A stretch of DNA of 63,908 nt, filler included, from Octopus bimaculoides (taxonomy: Eukaryota): the NCBI RefSeq assembly GCF_001194135.2. It is 6 parts of 5 records of this genome, joined end to end, with 100 filler letters (N's around TTAATTAATTAA, not from the genome) between each part and the next. Parts side by side here need not be neighbours in the genome. Positions count along the whole stretch, not along the records: positions 42,131 to 52,875 come from NC_068981.1; positions 52,976 to 63,908 come from NC_068996.1; 4 more parts are not named here. One strand, written 5' to 3'. The notes beneath the pieces are model-generated. The model was not told the DNA's origin, ran no database searches, and saw nothing but the letters and a program-made list of their open reading frames with translations. How positions within the stretch are numbered: the stretch's first letter is position 1; each line of letters starts with the position of its first letter. Below are positions 51,546 to 63,908 of this stretch, piece after piece. The position numbers and the translations under genes are program-made.

Positions 51546-52831
51546 TTCGTGTCTATATCAAAGCTTTCCATTATTTCACAAATCACTTAGGGTTTGGAGT
51601 TTCGAGGAGTATTTTCTGTGAGACTGGAACGAATTTTGCCAGATTGAAAATGTGTTAGTGCACTTTGCAGAAAAATTTCTCAAAGGAGTTTCAACGAGAT
51701 AGCTGGTGTTGTGACTCCCAATACATCCACATGAGAAAGCAGGTCGGTGAACAGACCAGTTAAAATAGTAAGTGGAAATAAGCTACAGGGCAAGCGGACA
51801 GCAGCAGAAATCTTCTGAGGAAGAACTCCCGTCAAGCAAGTGTTTTGGCCCTTAGTTGCTGACACTCGAATGGAGCCGGATTCACCTAAGAGTCATGACT
51901 CCTAGATGTTCTGCTGTTTTTGAAATGTCACATTTAGTGGGGATTAAACTCGGAACCATCGGGTTATCTTATTTCCCTGAATTGTGATGTATATCGGCAA
52001 CATAAAACTTCAATATTATCAATTAAGTTTGTACCACATTCACAGCTTTGACATGCATTGCCCTGTCTGTCTGTCTATCTGTCTATGTCAATCAATCAAT
52101 CAATCAAAAATAACATAACTGGTTATTGCACCTCTTTTTAGTATATTATCATAAGCTAACATTTGGGAAAAAACAAACAACATGAAAGATGATTCTTAAT
52201 TTTGCATTGGTAATATATATTTTAGTCAAGTGGACAGTATGTACATCGTAAATTGTGAATTAAAATGTTTTCCGCCTTAGTTGTCAAGTGCATTGTATAT
52301 GTGTGTTTGTGATGGAGAGGGCTAAGAATAATAATTAAAAAAAATAAAACTAGTTTAAGTACTGCACGGAAACCTATTTTTAGTGAAGGAAATGGGTTTT
52401 TAGGGACTATGGGCTCCTTAAAGTTTTTGAAGGGGAGGTTGGGTAAGAGCGGAGCTTGACACTACAAGCCAACCCCACCCACTTGAGCTGAATGTAAAGG
52501 AGGGGAATGTCGTTTCCCCTGCCTACCTCTTCCTCCTATTTTCCATCGTAACCTATTTCAGCTGTAGCCACAACTGAAGTCATTGTGTTGATATATTAAT
52601 TTACAGGTAACATTAATAACAAAACATCATAACTTTTGCAAGCAGCGGGAAAAAAACAAAACAATAACAATGAGTAGCGTGTTCGCCAATTTCAGGGTAG
52701 TAATGCGTGTACTGTCTGCTACTTTATCTAGTTTTTCTGTAAACTAGTTCGTCAGATCAATTTCATAAAAAAACAAAGTTGCACGATAAGTAACAGATTG
52801 TGTTAGAAAGTAGCCGGAAATGAAACTTTTG

Positions 52832-52875
<44 letters not shown>

Positions 52876-52975
52876 NNNNNNNNNNNNNNNNNNNNNNNNN
52901 NNNNNNNNNNNNNNNNNNNTTAATTAATTAANNNNNNNNNNNNNNNNNNNNNNNNNNNNNNNNNNNNNNNNNNNN
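52876..52975. other. Assembly linker (44 N + TTAATTAATTAA + 44 N)
   Basis: Same construct as 11104-11203. Confidence 0.95.
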
Positions 52976-52976
52976 C

Positions 52977-53240
52977 TGTTATATGTACTGTTAGATATGT
53001 AATTCGTCTGACGTTCCGTGTGTCATGTGGTTCGTCTGAGTTCATTGTTTCATTGTTGTTGTCTTGTGGGACTGTCGTAGTAAAATGTCATTGATATATA
53101 TATGGCGGACATGACTTTTGTTTATTCATAACGAACATTGGGTGAGTGCGTTCTTTGTATGTAATTGAACAATAAATGTAATAATTAAATTGTATAACTC
53201 GTTGTGTTATCTCTGCGAGTCACCCGAGGGAAACATAACA
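52977..53240 (+). mobile_element. Solo LTR-like element (264 bp)
   Basis: TGTTAT...ATAACA termini and an internal AATAAA. The left TSD is hidden by the gap. Confidence 0.6.
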
Positions 53241-53550
53241 CAGACGTTGAACGACAACGATGATGATGATGATGAACTCCGAACTGTTTCACTTAAACTC
53301 AAAATGCAAAACTGAAAGAAATGCTTTGCAGCATTTTACCCAACACGCTAATGATTCTACTTGAATAACAACAATAATGGGTAACGATCCTCGGTTAAGT
53401 AAGCACAAAACCTGGGATCTAACGAAAATGGAAAACAAAAGTTTTAAGCACTTGCCACCAAAATGGATAAAAGTGTTTCAGTGCTTAAGTATATAGAGGA
53501 CCCCATTTTTATGGGGTAGAATATATTACTGGTTGAATTGAGACTCCTAC

Positions 53551-54098
53551 CATCATCAACGTCTGTTTCCATGCTGGCATGGGTTGGATGGCTTGGAGGA
53601 AATTGGCAAGGCTGGCGGCCACACCAAGTTCCATAGTCTGTTTTGGCACAGCTTCTACAGTTGGATGCCCTTCTTAATGCCAACTACTTTGCAGAGTGTA
53701 CTGGGTTCTTTTTACAAGGCACCATTACCTGTGTTTTTTACATGGAACCATTACCAGTGCTTCTTATGGGGAACCAGCACTCATACCGATGCTTTTTATA
53801 TGGCACCAGGTATTATTTTTAAAATTGCGAACCAGACTGACTCCTGTGCAGGTGGCACGTAAAAAACACCACTTGAGCGTGGCTGTTGCCAGTACTGCCA
53901 GACTGGCCCTCATGCTGGTGGCATGTAAAAAGTATCCACTACACTCTCGGAGTGGTTGGCGTTAGGAAGTCCATCCAGCTGTAGAAACTCTGCCAGATCA
54001 GATTGGAGTCTGGTGTAGCCTTCTGGCTTGCCAGTCCGCTGTCAAATTGTCCAACCCATGCTAGCATGGAAAACGGACGTTAAATGATGATGATGATG
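53551..54098. mobile_element. Two RTE-type 3' UTR repeats in inverted orientation
   Basis: catcatcaacgtctgtttccatgctggcatgggttgga at the left end is complementary to tccaacccatgctagcatggaaaacggacgttaaatgatgatg at the right end. Confidence 0.8.
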
Positions 54099-55667
54099 AG
54101 AGCAGTAATGTTCTTTTCTTTTTATGGCTTTGTTAGAGGAGGAAGGGCGGCACCATGAACTTCTGAAGTGGTCATTGAAAGTAGTAAGGGATCAGGAAGA
54201 CGACATCAGAAATCATGAGTTATCCTCACGTTGAAATCCTAGTCTAAATATTTGTAACAAAGTAGGTTCTGATAAAGTCCCCCAAGGCCCAGGGAGTTGT
54301 ATAAAACAGAGCGACTGATTAAGCCAGCTATCCAAGAGCAGAGATAGCCTACCTGACAGGTTTCCACATAGTTTCCATCTACCTAATTTCATTCAAGAGA
54401 TTTGTGTTGAATCACATCAAAGCTCTGGTAATACATATTTGCCCAAGGTGACACACAACAGGATGACACACAACAGGATGGCGAAATGAACTTCTTAACC
54501 ATAAAACATTTCATCTTGTGACCTCTTCTCTCTTGTCATAATTACTATGCTAGTAGTTTCTGACATAGCTATAAATGAAAACTGTCATTATTCAAAATGA
54601 AGGTGTTTCATGTTAAGTTCTAGTGGTATTAATGATATAATTGAAACAACTCTGGGTTTTAAAACCCAGGTCATAAACTTCACCCATTAAAAAAAAATTT
54701 TTTATCACTCACTCACGCTTTTATAGTTAACACAACCAGCAACAACAAAACATTATATGGCTTCAAACAAAATATCAGAGATTAGACCTCTTGTAACTGG
54801 ATCCGTCTGTTTTCAATAAAACTACACACTTTGAAAAGGAGGAAGGAGGTTGAAAAAAGCAGGTTAAGTGACTGCATGTATAAAAGTTCTAATAAGTGAC
54901 CATGTGGTTCTTAACCAGCTGAAAATTTATATTCAGTATTACAACTGCTTTATTCTCACTACAAAATGATGAACTATATTTTGATAGAATAAGATGTAAA
55001 GTTTTAACTATATCGACAAAAATTCTGTAGCATACAGAGGGTAAATACACACACACCTTAACAGAAGCATATTTTGCTTTAACAATGTAGTTTATATGAC
55101 AATTTAGCAAGCAGGTGAATTCTTTTTTCCAAACTGCTAAGTTATGGGGATGTAAACACACCAACATCAGCTTTTAAGTGATGGTGAGGGGACAAACACA
55201 GACACACACATAAAAATATACATATATCCTCAATGTATCATATATCTGAAAAAGCAGCACACTCTAAAGCATAGAGTAGTGATGTATTTATATGTAATTA
55301 AGTCTATATCCAGTCATCCACAAAGGGCTCAGCCCTGTGGATGGCTTGTCAGAGTTTAAAGCAAAATAAAAAAAAAACAGTCTACAGGGCTTAAGCCCTT
55401 TGTGGATGTGAAACCATTGGTTTCTATGACCAGACAGACACATATATATACACAATACACACATACATAAAACATTTACAAGACCGACATCAGCCAATCA
55501 TTAATACATAATAATAACAACAGCTAACAGATCTAACTCAGATATCCGGAAGAAACTACAAGAAGGTGATGGCAGTCAACACAACTGAAAGGCAGACAAA
55601 TACAGTGAACCAAAGATTGGCTTGTAGAAATATCTACAATATCTTGCCACACAGTCACTCCTACAAA

Positions 55668-56100
55668 GCGTAGGAGTGGCTGTGTGGTAAGTTGTTTGCT
55701 TATGAACCACATGGTTCTGGGTTCAGTCCCACTGCGTGGCACCTTGGGCAAGTGTCTTCTACTATAGCCTCGGGCCGACCAAAGCCCTGTGAGTGGATTT
55801 GGTAGAGGAAACTGAAAGAAGCCAGTCGTATATATGTACATATATCTATATATATACAGATATATATATATATGTGTATGTGTATATGTTTGTGTGTCTG
55901 TGTTTGTCCCCCCTCCCCCCAACATCGCTTGACAACCGATGCTGGTGTGTTTACGTCCCCGTAACTTAGCGGTTCGGCAAAAGGGACCGATAGAATAAGA
56001 ACTAGGCTTACAAAGAATAAGTCCTGGGGTCGATTTACTCGACTATAAAGGCAGTGCTCCAGCATGGCCACAGTCAAAATGACTGAAACAAGTAAAAGAG
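55668..56100 (+). mobile_element. SINE family 1, full length
   Basis: Same head and tail as 11218-11580. Confidence 0.88.
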
Positions 56101-56460
56101 GTAACCAATGCTATTATCATTATCGAAATCACAACATAAATGACACACAGACACAAATAACATTTTATCAAACCAATTTGGACTCAGATCATGAAGAACA
56201 GAAAATGTCACTAAGCATTTTGCCCAGTGCTAATGATTTTGCCAGCTTGCCATCTCGACAATAATGATAATAATAACAGCTACTAATAGATCTAAACCAG
56301 ATATCCAGAAGAAACAAGAAGAGAACAGCAGTCAATGCAACTGAGAGGCAGATGTTGTCAACACAATACAAGCAAACTTCACTGGTAACTGATAATGTGA
56401 AAAATATTGAAGTTAACAAAACCAAGAACAACAAAAGATGCTAATGGTGATTATACTTAC

Positions 56461-56561
56461 TTCTGTAGGGGATGTGATACCATAGGTAAATGGTTTGTCG
56501 TATTTGTGAATTTGTTGTTGATATGTGTCTGGGAAGTCATAGTCGGAATTCCATTTACGAT
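56461..56561 (-). CDS. Exon of the PDZ-domain, Ser/Pro-rich protein
   Basis: tgtgcttttatcaccag| ... GAA|gtaagt; phase 1 to 0; encodes (N)RKWNSDYDFPDTYQQQIHKYDKPFTYGITSPTE; joins 58481-59316 in frame. Confidence 0.8.
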
Positions 56562-57067
56562 CTGGTGATAAAAGCACAATAAATTAAAAACAATAAATGA
56601 ATGATAATTGGAGGAATTATCAGAAAGATTTGAAAGAGAGAATGAAAGTGGGAGAAATTCTGAATAATTCATATTGGTTAAAGATTAATTTTTAAATAAG
56701 CGTAAAAATTTGAAAAATGTAATGTATAAAACAAAAATTTATATGAACCAAATCAGTTAAAAATAATTTCAATTAAATTAATTATTGTGACAATAAGTGC
56801 TTAACCATAAAACCGTTGAGTTCCTTAAATCTTCTGATATCATGCCAGGCATATCAATTGAGGATATTTTGTTTCTTCAAAAGGATTAAAGGATAATATC
56901 TGGAACTGCTTTTATCACAATAATAATAATAATATTTAAGGAATAATTATTTCTTTAATTGCAACAAAGACATAAAAAAAAAATGAAACAGGAAACATAA
57001 CGCAATACAAAGTAAACAAGCAATGTGTATTTGTATGAATAAAAAAAAAAACATATACACACACACA

Positions 57068-57293
57068 TTCCTTTAGCATTTTAACCAGCCATATCCAGCC
57101 CAAATGTTAAACCTATTTGATATTCAAACCAGCCAGATCTGGCCTCTCACACCCACCCTACAATGTCATTCTAAAAGTAAACAATCATATCATCAAAATC
57201 TCAAAGCTACAAAATAATGCAGGATTGATTTAATTCAAAACAACATAAACAAGCATCACATTTGACAGAATAATCTGAATGCAAAAGGGTTAA
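57068..57293. mobile_element. piggyBac-like MITE
   Basis: Left (c)ctttagcatt and right aatgcaaaaggg-TTAA. The left TTAA is decayed. Confidence 0.5.
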
Positions 57294-57489
57294 ATTCATC
57301 TAAATATGAATAAATATCTACATAAAACTTAATAGTTTTTTTTCCCTAATAGTTAGTAACACTTCATGATTAGATGGCATACATGAAAATAGCTCAGGTT
57401 ATCCTTATGTCTGATAACATGGTACCCAATTATTTCAATAGTTCTTCACTTCTCTTTTACTAAGATTCAAATATGGTTTTATTTTTTTA

Positions 57490-57646
57490 TTTGTATCAGT
57501 CATTTGACTGCGGCCATGCTGGACCACCGCCTTTAATCGAGCAAATCGACCCCAGGACTTATTCTTTGTAAGGCTAGTACTTATTCTATCGGTGTCTTTT
57601 ACGGGGACATAAACACACCAGTTGGGGTGACAAACTTAGACACACA

Positions 57647-57686
<40 letters not shown>

Positions 57687-57839
57687 GCTTCTTTCAATTT
57701 CCGTCTACCAAATCCACTCACAAGTCTTTGGTCGGCCCGAGGCTATAGTAGAAGACATTTGCCCAAGATGCCATGCATCTTGAACCTGGAACCATGTGGT
57801 TGGTAAGCAAGCTACTTACCACACAGCTGCTCCTGCGCC
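57490..57839 (-). mobile_element. SINE family 1, inverted copy
   Basis: Reverse complement of the family 1 tail (cagtcatttgactgcggccatgctgg) and head (ttaccacacagctgctcctgcgcc). Confidence 0.85.
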
Positions 57840-58480
57840 TACAGAGATTACCCCAAATACACAACCAATACAATTGTAATGTTGCAGGTTGAACTAGTGT
57901 TCTTTTCAACATGCTTTCATCAAGGTCTAAAATGAAATTAAATTGTGACCTTGTGTATTTACATAAAATGTTTTTAAAATCTATTATTATACACACCCCT
58001 ATTCTCTTTGTCGAAATGGTTTGGCCTATAAAACTGTATTGAGCTTCAATATGAAAGTTATTGAATGTTGGAGCCTGGTGTAGCCTTCTGGTCCACCAGT
58101 CCTCATTCAAATCGCCCAACCCATGCTAGCATGGAAAGTGGACGTTAAACGATGAAGATGATGATGATGAAGGGTATCAAGCTGTAGAAACTAAGCTAAA
58201 AATGATGTTGGAGCTTGACACAGCTTTGCAGATCACCAGTTCCCTGTCAAACTGTCCAACCCATGCCAGCATGGAAAGTGATGATGAATGGATATACAAA
58301 TGCTGCCATCTACTGGTAAAGATACTAACTTACAAACACAACTCATCATTTTTTTTTTTTGTCATGCTGATGTTTCACTCATGTATTCTTAAATATATAA
58401 TATTAACCATTTTCCTTACAGAAAAAAAAACAAAAAAAAACAAAACAAAATTATGAAGGAAAGGTAAAAATATATCTTAC

Positions 58481-59316
58481 TATCTGAGTGATTTTCAGGT
58501 GAAGGAGTGGCCCCTGCAGATGTAATTTGTGGTGAAGTAACTGGAGCATTATTCGCTTGGGAAAATACAGGAAATATATCATTTGCACCAATGTCAGATG
58601 GAGAATATGGTCTTGGTAATGGCACAGTAGGTGAATTAGGTCTTTCTAAGTTACACTGAGGAGAAGTTTGAAAAGATATTGGCTCGGATACAGTGAGTTC
58701 TTGGGCTGTCTCTGATAATGTCGTCTGAGATAAATTCCCTTTAGATAAGATAGACTGGGGAGGATTTGGTTTTGATTGGTTAGGTTGAGAAGAATCTGTT
58801 TCAGATAAAATAGGCTGTGGAGAATTTGTCATTGATTGGATAGGTGATGAAGAATTTAAATTTGGTATGGCATTATGTGGAGGAGGAGATTGTGGAGAGT
58901 TAGCAGCAAACAGAGTAGGTGGAGAATTTGGACTCGAAACAGATGGGTGAAAGAATACTCTTTGAGAAGATATTTGTGAAGAAGAAGCTTTCGGTGTATT
59001 CACCAATGGAGAAATAGCTCTTGGAGAGGTTGTTACTGGGGAGACTGTTTGTGGAGAGGGTGATCGAGGTGTGGCGGAAAATGGAGAGGCGGCTCGAGCA
59101 GAGGTTGGAGTCCTAGGAGAATTCTTTGGCGAATTTGCTTGTGGTGAAACTGACCTGGAGTTTTCTGTGATGGAAGTTGTTCTAGGTGAAGGCGTTCGAG
59201 AATATTTACTATTATAATCAGGTGAGGTTGGAACAAACTTGTTGAAGAGATTCAAGTTGCAGGGTGGACTAGCAGAGTGTATTGAATTAGAATCAAAAAC
59301 TTCCACAAATTCAACG
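58481..59316 (-). CDS. Large Ser/Pro/Thr-rich exon (836 nt) of the PDZ-domain protein
   Basis: Open frame VEFVEVFDSNS...ATPSPENHSD; acceptor tttctcttttatctcag|; donor A|gtaaga; phase 2 to 1. Confidence 0.85.
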
Positions 59317-60918
59317 CTGAGATAAAAGAGAAACAAAACCAATTAATTTTTGATAGAATAATATCAAACTTAAAAATACATGAAAATGTTTTCAGATTTT
59401 AAATTTTGAAATTATCATATTTTCTTTCATTGTATATGAAAAATTTAAAAATTCAGAATGAAATATTTTAGGAATGTAATTAAAAAAAAAATGTTAGGAA
59501 TTAAATAACCTTGAAATAAGTATATTAAACTACAGAAAGATGTTTAGAAATTCTTAACTTCTCATGGCATGGAAATGTAATCTCTTCTGTTTGCTAAAAT
59601 AACCATAAACACACACGCACAATAACGATACTAATAACCTGGTGTTAGAACTAAATATACTTATGCTTGAGAACAAAAGTGTTAGTTGGGTACAGAGTGT
59701 AATATGAAATTAAATAAACAACAAGGAACAGGAAATACATAATCAACTTCATAAGCTTACAACTGTTTCTGCTACATGAAGCAGTGCACTTGTCATTGAG
59801 TGCTTGTGCATCACCTTATGGCTTCCTCAGAAACATGTTTATGTATGTACATACATACATAACTGATTATGTCTTATGCAAACAAATTTGTAACTGACAC
59901 TGAGCTGTCACGAGTAAATTGTGAATGCACGTATATACAGCCTGCAAGGAAGCATATTCTGTCTAAACCTTTACCAGATCCTGTATTTCTTAATTATTTT
60001 AGACTACACTCTTTCCTCTTACACTTCGCATCTTCTCCCACCATACCATTTAACTTACAACTGTCTAAACTATACATCAAAGTAATTAATTTCATCACAT
60101 CATCTCTATCACCTAAATGGTGAATCAGGAGAGTTGTGGAACACAAAAATGCCTTGTATTTTTTGTCTTTTAAGCTTTGGGCTCAAATCTTACCAAGGTC
60201 AACTTGTCCTGTCCTTTTGGAATTGGTAAAAATAAAGAACTAAGATAGTGGATTAGTAGAATTGTTAAAATGTCAGATGAGCTGTCTTGCAGTATTTGTT
60301 CTGGCACTGTGCTTTTTCGTTCTTGGGTGGTCAACTTCATCTGTCCGTTTAATAATCCTAATACTTGTATTAATAGAGCTACATGGCTTAATGGTTATGG
60401 TATTGGACTCCTGATCGTAAGATTGTGGTTTCAACTCCTGGACTGGGTGATGCATTGTGTTATTGAGTAAACCATTTCCTTTCATGTTGCTCCAGTCCAC
60501 TCAACTGGTAGAAAGCCAGGAAACAATCCTCATATTCTTTATAAAGTAATATGGACTAACCAATGACCTATGTTAATAACACTGACTGGTCCTTGGGCAA
60601 CTTTAGCAAGGTTCATTTGTTTGCTCGTATTTGGCTCAGCTCTCTAATTTGAGGATAATTTTTCCCCTTCAACAGTGCCAGAAGACTTTGGGAAAAATAA
60701 TAGTTTATGAATGTTGTCCTTCTCCCCTGACAAAATGACAGGTCAGGGGATAAAAAAAAGAGTTTATGAATGCTAAATGAATTCCACCTAATGTGCTTCA
60801 GAAAGATCTCGAGGTCAACTGGCAGTATCATTACAAATAAGGAGACTATGGGCAGAGCAACATCATGACCACTGAAAGAGATTATAGCAGAGCACCAATT
60901 CCACTTGGCTGGCCACAG

Positions 60919-61175
60919 CACTGTGTTTTTCAACTATTCTTTGCTTATGGACCCTTCTGGTTCCTATTTTACTTGGGTGGACCCTTATCGCCATTTGGTG
61001 TCTAATAAATCCTGTGGTATTTTTATAATCAAATATAAGAAATTGTATTAAAAAATTGGTTAAAATATTTTGTGTATGGTGAAAGTATAAAACACTTTAT
61101 CGCACATAAACTTTGACAACAAAATTTTATATGGACACCCCCAAAAGTCATGTGGACCCTGGTTGTGGACCACTG
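60919..61175. mobile_element. Decayed hAT-like MITE related to 47910-48275
   Basis: Termini cactgtgtttttcaac / gttgtggaccactg with internal atggaccc motifs. Confidence 0.4.
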
Positions 61176-61189
61176 ATCTGGCTGATCGA

Positions 61190-61400
61190 TGGCACTTGGG
61201 CAACACCTGGGAGTAAGTAGAAAAGGGGCAGGCCAAAGATCACTTGGTAGCGGACATTTGAAAAGGTCTTGAAGACAGTCAACATTATGAGTAATGGATG
61301 TGGAAGAGTAGCAGCTGACTGAACCTGGTAGAGGAGGAAACCTTGTGCCTAATACATTGAGCATTGCAGGAGGAACTAAACTAAACTATGAATACTTGGA
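61190..61400 (+). mobile_element. RTE LINE extreme 3' coding remnant
   Basis: GRPKITW*RTFEKVLK resembles the RGRPK.TW motif. Confidence 0.55.
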
Positions 61401-62089
61401 AAGCTACGGACACCAATACCCTCCTTGTATGATTAATGAACATAAAAAAATCCCGAAAAACTTAAGCCTTTCTTTCTCTCATATATAAAGTAAGAAGCCA
61501 GAGTCAATCCCTGTGGTTTGAACTCTGTAACAGAAGCAGCATTATGTTTACCAATAGAATAGTTTTCTTGCAACTTTGTTGAAAATAACAGCTGTCAACC
61601 TGTGTTGTGTTTGTGTGTGACCACTAAAGAAATTCCTGTACATGAAATTGATGATCATGAGTGAAGTATGCACAGATCTGCACTCACATTTCAGATAGAA
61701 CAGCTTTCCTCCTGGTGGTCCAGCATTGGCTGGGATGACCAGAAGCTGAAAGACCTTCAGTTTTTACATCAGTGTATCCTTCTCTTAGACAGATTTTCTA
61801 ATAAGAACTGAGGATCTATCCCTTCCAAGCAGTCTTATGACATGCTAATATATCATAACAAATTATTGTTGGCATTAATTAGTATCCGAGTAATTAATGT
61901 GTAATGAGTGATTGCACCTCTTTATCTTGATGGGTGTAAAAGGGTGATGATACCTGAGGTGATATCAGGTCCAAGGGTGATATAGAGGTACTGGGGGCAT
62001 TTATTGTAGGTGAGAGTTGATAGGAGACAAGGAAGTGTGAGTTGCTCTTTGTGTCTTCGATGTCAACTTCTCTCCTGACACCTGTGACA

Positions 62090-62230
62090 CAAGGCTCCAT
62101 GGTACTGTTCTGAAAACCATGGAGGCTTCTCATACCTCAGAAGCTACCTGTCCGGTGATTGCGCCAGTCAGAAAAGCATTGAGAATAGGATCAGCACAGC
62201 CCATACTGCTTTTGGAAAACACTCAAAATG
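62090..62230 (+). mobile_element. RTE LINE RT C-terminal remnant
   Basis: FSYLRSYLSGDCASQKSIENRISTAHTAFGK corresponds to F.YLGS...I..RI..A..AFG.L. Confidence 0.7.
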
Positions 62231-63660
62231 AGCCTTCTTAAACCATGACCCAACCATTCAAATAAAAATCACCACAAATACATCAATGTCATTGCGTAAT
62301 TGGTAGATAGCTATTGACCTAAGATTGGAATTTATCCTCTTTTTGACAGATTGGGTTTCTAGCATCTCTCCCCACCAGGTGTGTGGAAAGCTGGTTTAGT
62401 TACCAACAACCTGACTATGTAACAGGTTGTACTCATGAGCAACCAGACAAAACTGAAAATCATGTTCAATAAATTATAGATGCAGACATGGCTGTGTGGG
62501 TAAGAGGTTTGCTTCCCAACCACATGGCTTTGGGAATTCAGTCCCACTGTGCAGCACCCTGGGTAAGTGTCTTCTACTATGGTTTCTGGCCAATCGAAGC
62601 CTTGTGAGCGGATTTGGTAGGCAAAAGATCTGTTGTGTGTATACATGTACGTGTGTTGAAGTGCTTATGCGTTCTTTAAAAGAAAGGAAGGAGGAATAAA
62701 TTACAATTACTTTAAGTATTATGATGACAAGGTCCCCAGTTCTTAAATACAGAATAGATGGAATGGTGGTGGTTTGCAGGCTAAATCAAACAAAATTTAA
62801 CTAAGTCTATTATATCATGTGCTTTTAGCTCTGCATGTAATTCCCAATGACTTGATTAGCTTTTCTCTTGCATTTTTGTTTGTCTTTGGTACAGAATATC
62901 TATTAAACTGATTGTAAGGCAAATAATGAGCAATTTCTAAGCAAAGCCTGAGATTCAGATTTAATTCTTGGAGTAACCAGCAGATTTTGCATATGCATTG
63001 AATTTGTTAAGTTCACAAATGAATGTCACCAAAACTGGTTCTGAAGATCTTACTTCAAGTAATATTTCAAAGAAAAAACACAATATATACAAAAAAAAAA
63101 AAAATAGTATTTTCATTTGAAGCTACGTGAAATCAAGCTGTAGCAATGTGAAAAACTTCTTTCATTAACGGAAAAGAACAACTGAATAGAGCTTTGATGT
63201 TAAATTACTGAAAATTAATTATTTTTTTTTGTTTACCAACAATGTATGTGTAACTGTGGTATAAAGGAGCCTTTACTTGATTACTTGACTTGCTAGAAAT
63301 AACAGTCAAATCTCCATCAAACCACATTGAATAATATGTGAGGTGTATGGTGTCAAGGAAAAGACAGGGTGGCCACAGCCAAATGCTTTGAAATAGCAAC
63401 ACACACACACAGACTACTGTAAAGTGGCTGGTATTTGGAAGGACATCCACCTGTAAAACTCATGCCAAGACTGACCTCGTCTGTGCTGGTGCCACATAAA
63501 AAGCACTCAGTCCATTCTGCTGGCTGGTTAGTGTTAGGAAAGACATCTGACTGTAAAGACCCTGCCAAAACAGACATAGTAGTTGTCTACCTGGCTGGCT
63601 CCTGTCAACTGTCCTACCCATCCAGACAGACCTTAAATAATGAATAATGATATACATATG

Positions 63661-63694
<34 letters not shown>

Positions 63695-63727
63695 CACACA
63701 CACACACACACATACATACATACTCAC

Positions 63728-63802
63728 CTAGCTTGCTCATCCCTCGTAATGACAAGTTCCATGTGATTCGATTCTGATGCACGCCGTAGAATGTCGACAG
63801 CA
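63728..63802 (-). CDS. Exon encoding the C-terminal helix and strand of a PDZ domain
   Basis: Strong acceptor ttttgtttttttctcttttag| and donor AG|gtgagt. It encodes AVDILRRASESNHMELVITRDEQA(S), matching the PDZ AV..LR.A....L.L.I.R pattern. Phase 2 to 2; joins 59316 in frame. Confidence 0.8.
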
Positions 63803-63908
63803 CTAAAAGAGAAAAAAACAAAACAAAAGGAATTAAAAAAAAAGTAATCAAGAAATGGAAATATTTACTTTTTTTTCTTTTATTTATTTCAGTCATTTGA
63901 CTGTGGCC

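Noticed and set aside
54860-54925. WLRTTWSLIRTFIH resembling a CRAL-TRIO helix
   Set aside because: An in-frame stop follows with no usable donor, so it is likely chance.
61688-61745. Minus-strand 58-nt segment with cag|...|gtgagt that could slot between the PDZ exons
   Set aside because: Not needed because 63728 already splices in phase to 59316, and the sequence looks repeat-derived.

Overview
Eukaryotic, AT-rich, microsatellite-saturated draft-genome window. The SINE and LINE sequences look cephalopod (octopus-like), recalled from memory and not confirmed by search. It has about 20 N-gaps, five of which are 100-bp scaffold linkers containing TTAATTAATTAA. Host genes that can be supported are one laminin-EGF exon of MEGF8 (+, 1747-1888), three phase-compatible exons of a PDZ-domain, Ser/Pro-rich protein (-, 63802 to 56461), and a tentative small + strand gene (44988-47462). 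The rest is mostly transposon debris: RTE, R4-like, Tx1/L1 and Penelope-like retroelements, mariner and pogo remnants, tRNA-type SINEs, a solo LTR, a Helitron and several MITEs. The most notable structure is at 4170-6975. It is a fold-back array of 352-bp monomers, three of which carry a type I hammerhead-ribozyme motif with a palindromic stem III. An intact 348-codon RRM/CCHC zinc-knuckle (LINE ORF1/gag-like) gene with no RT partner sits inside the array, right at a ribozyme boundary. A second, unrelated hammerhead with a canonical core lies between 339-bp-period direct repeats at 17210-17260. Two Merlin-like MITEs carry telomeric TTAGGG repeats. No CRISPR array, rRNA gene or bona fide tRNA gene was seen.
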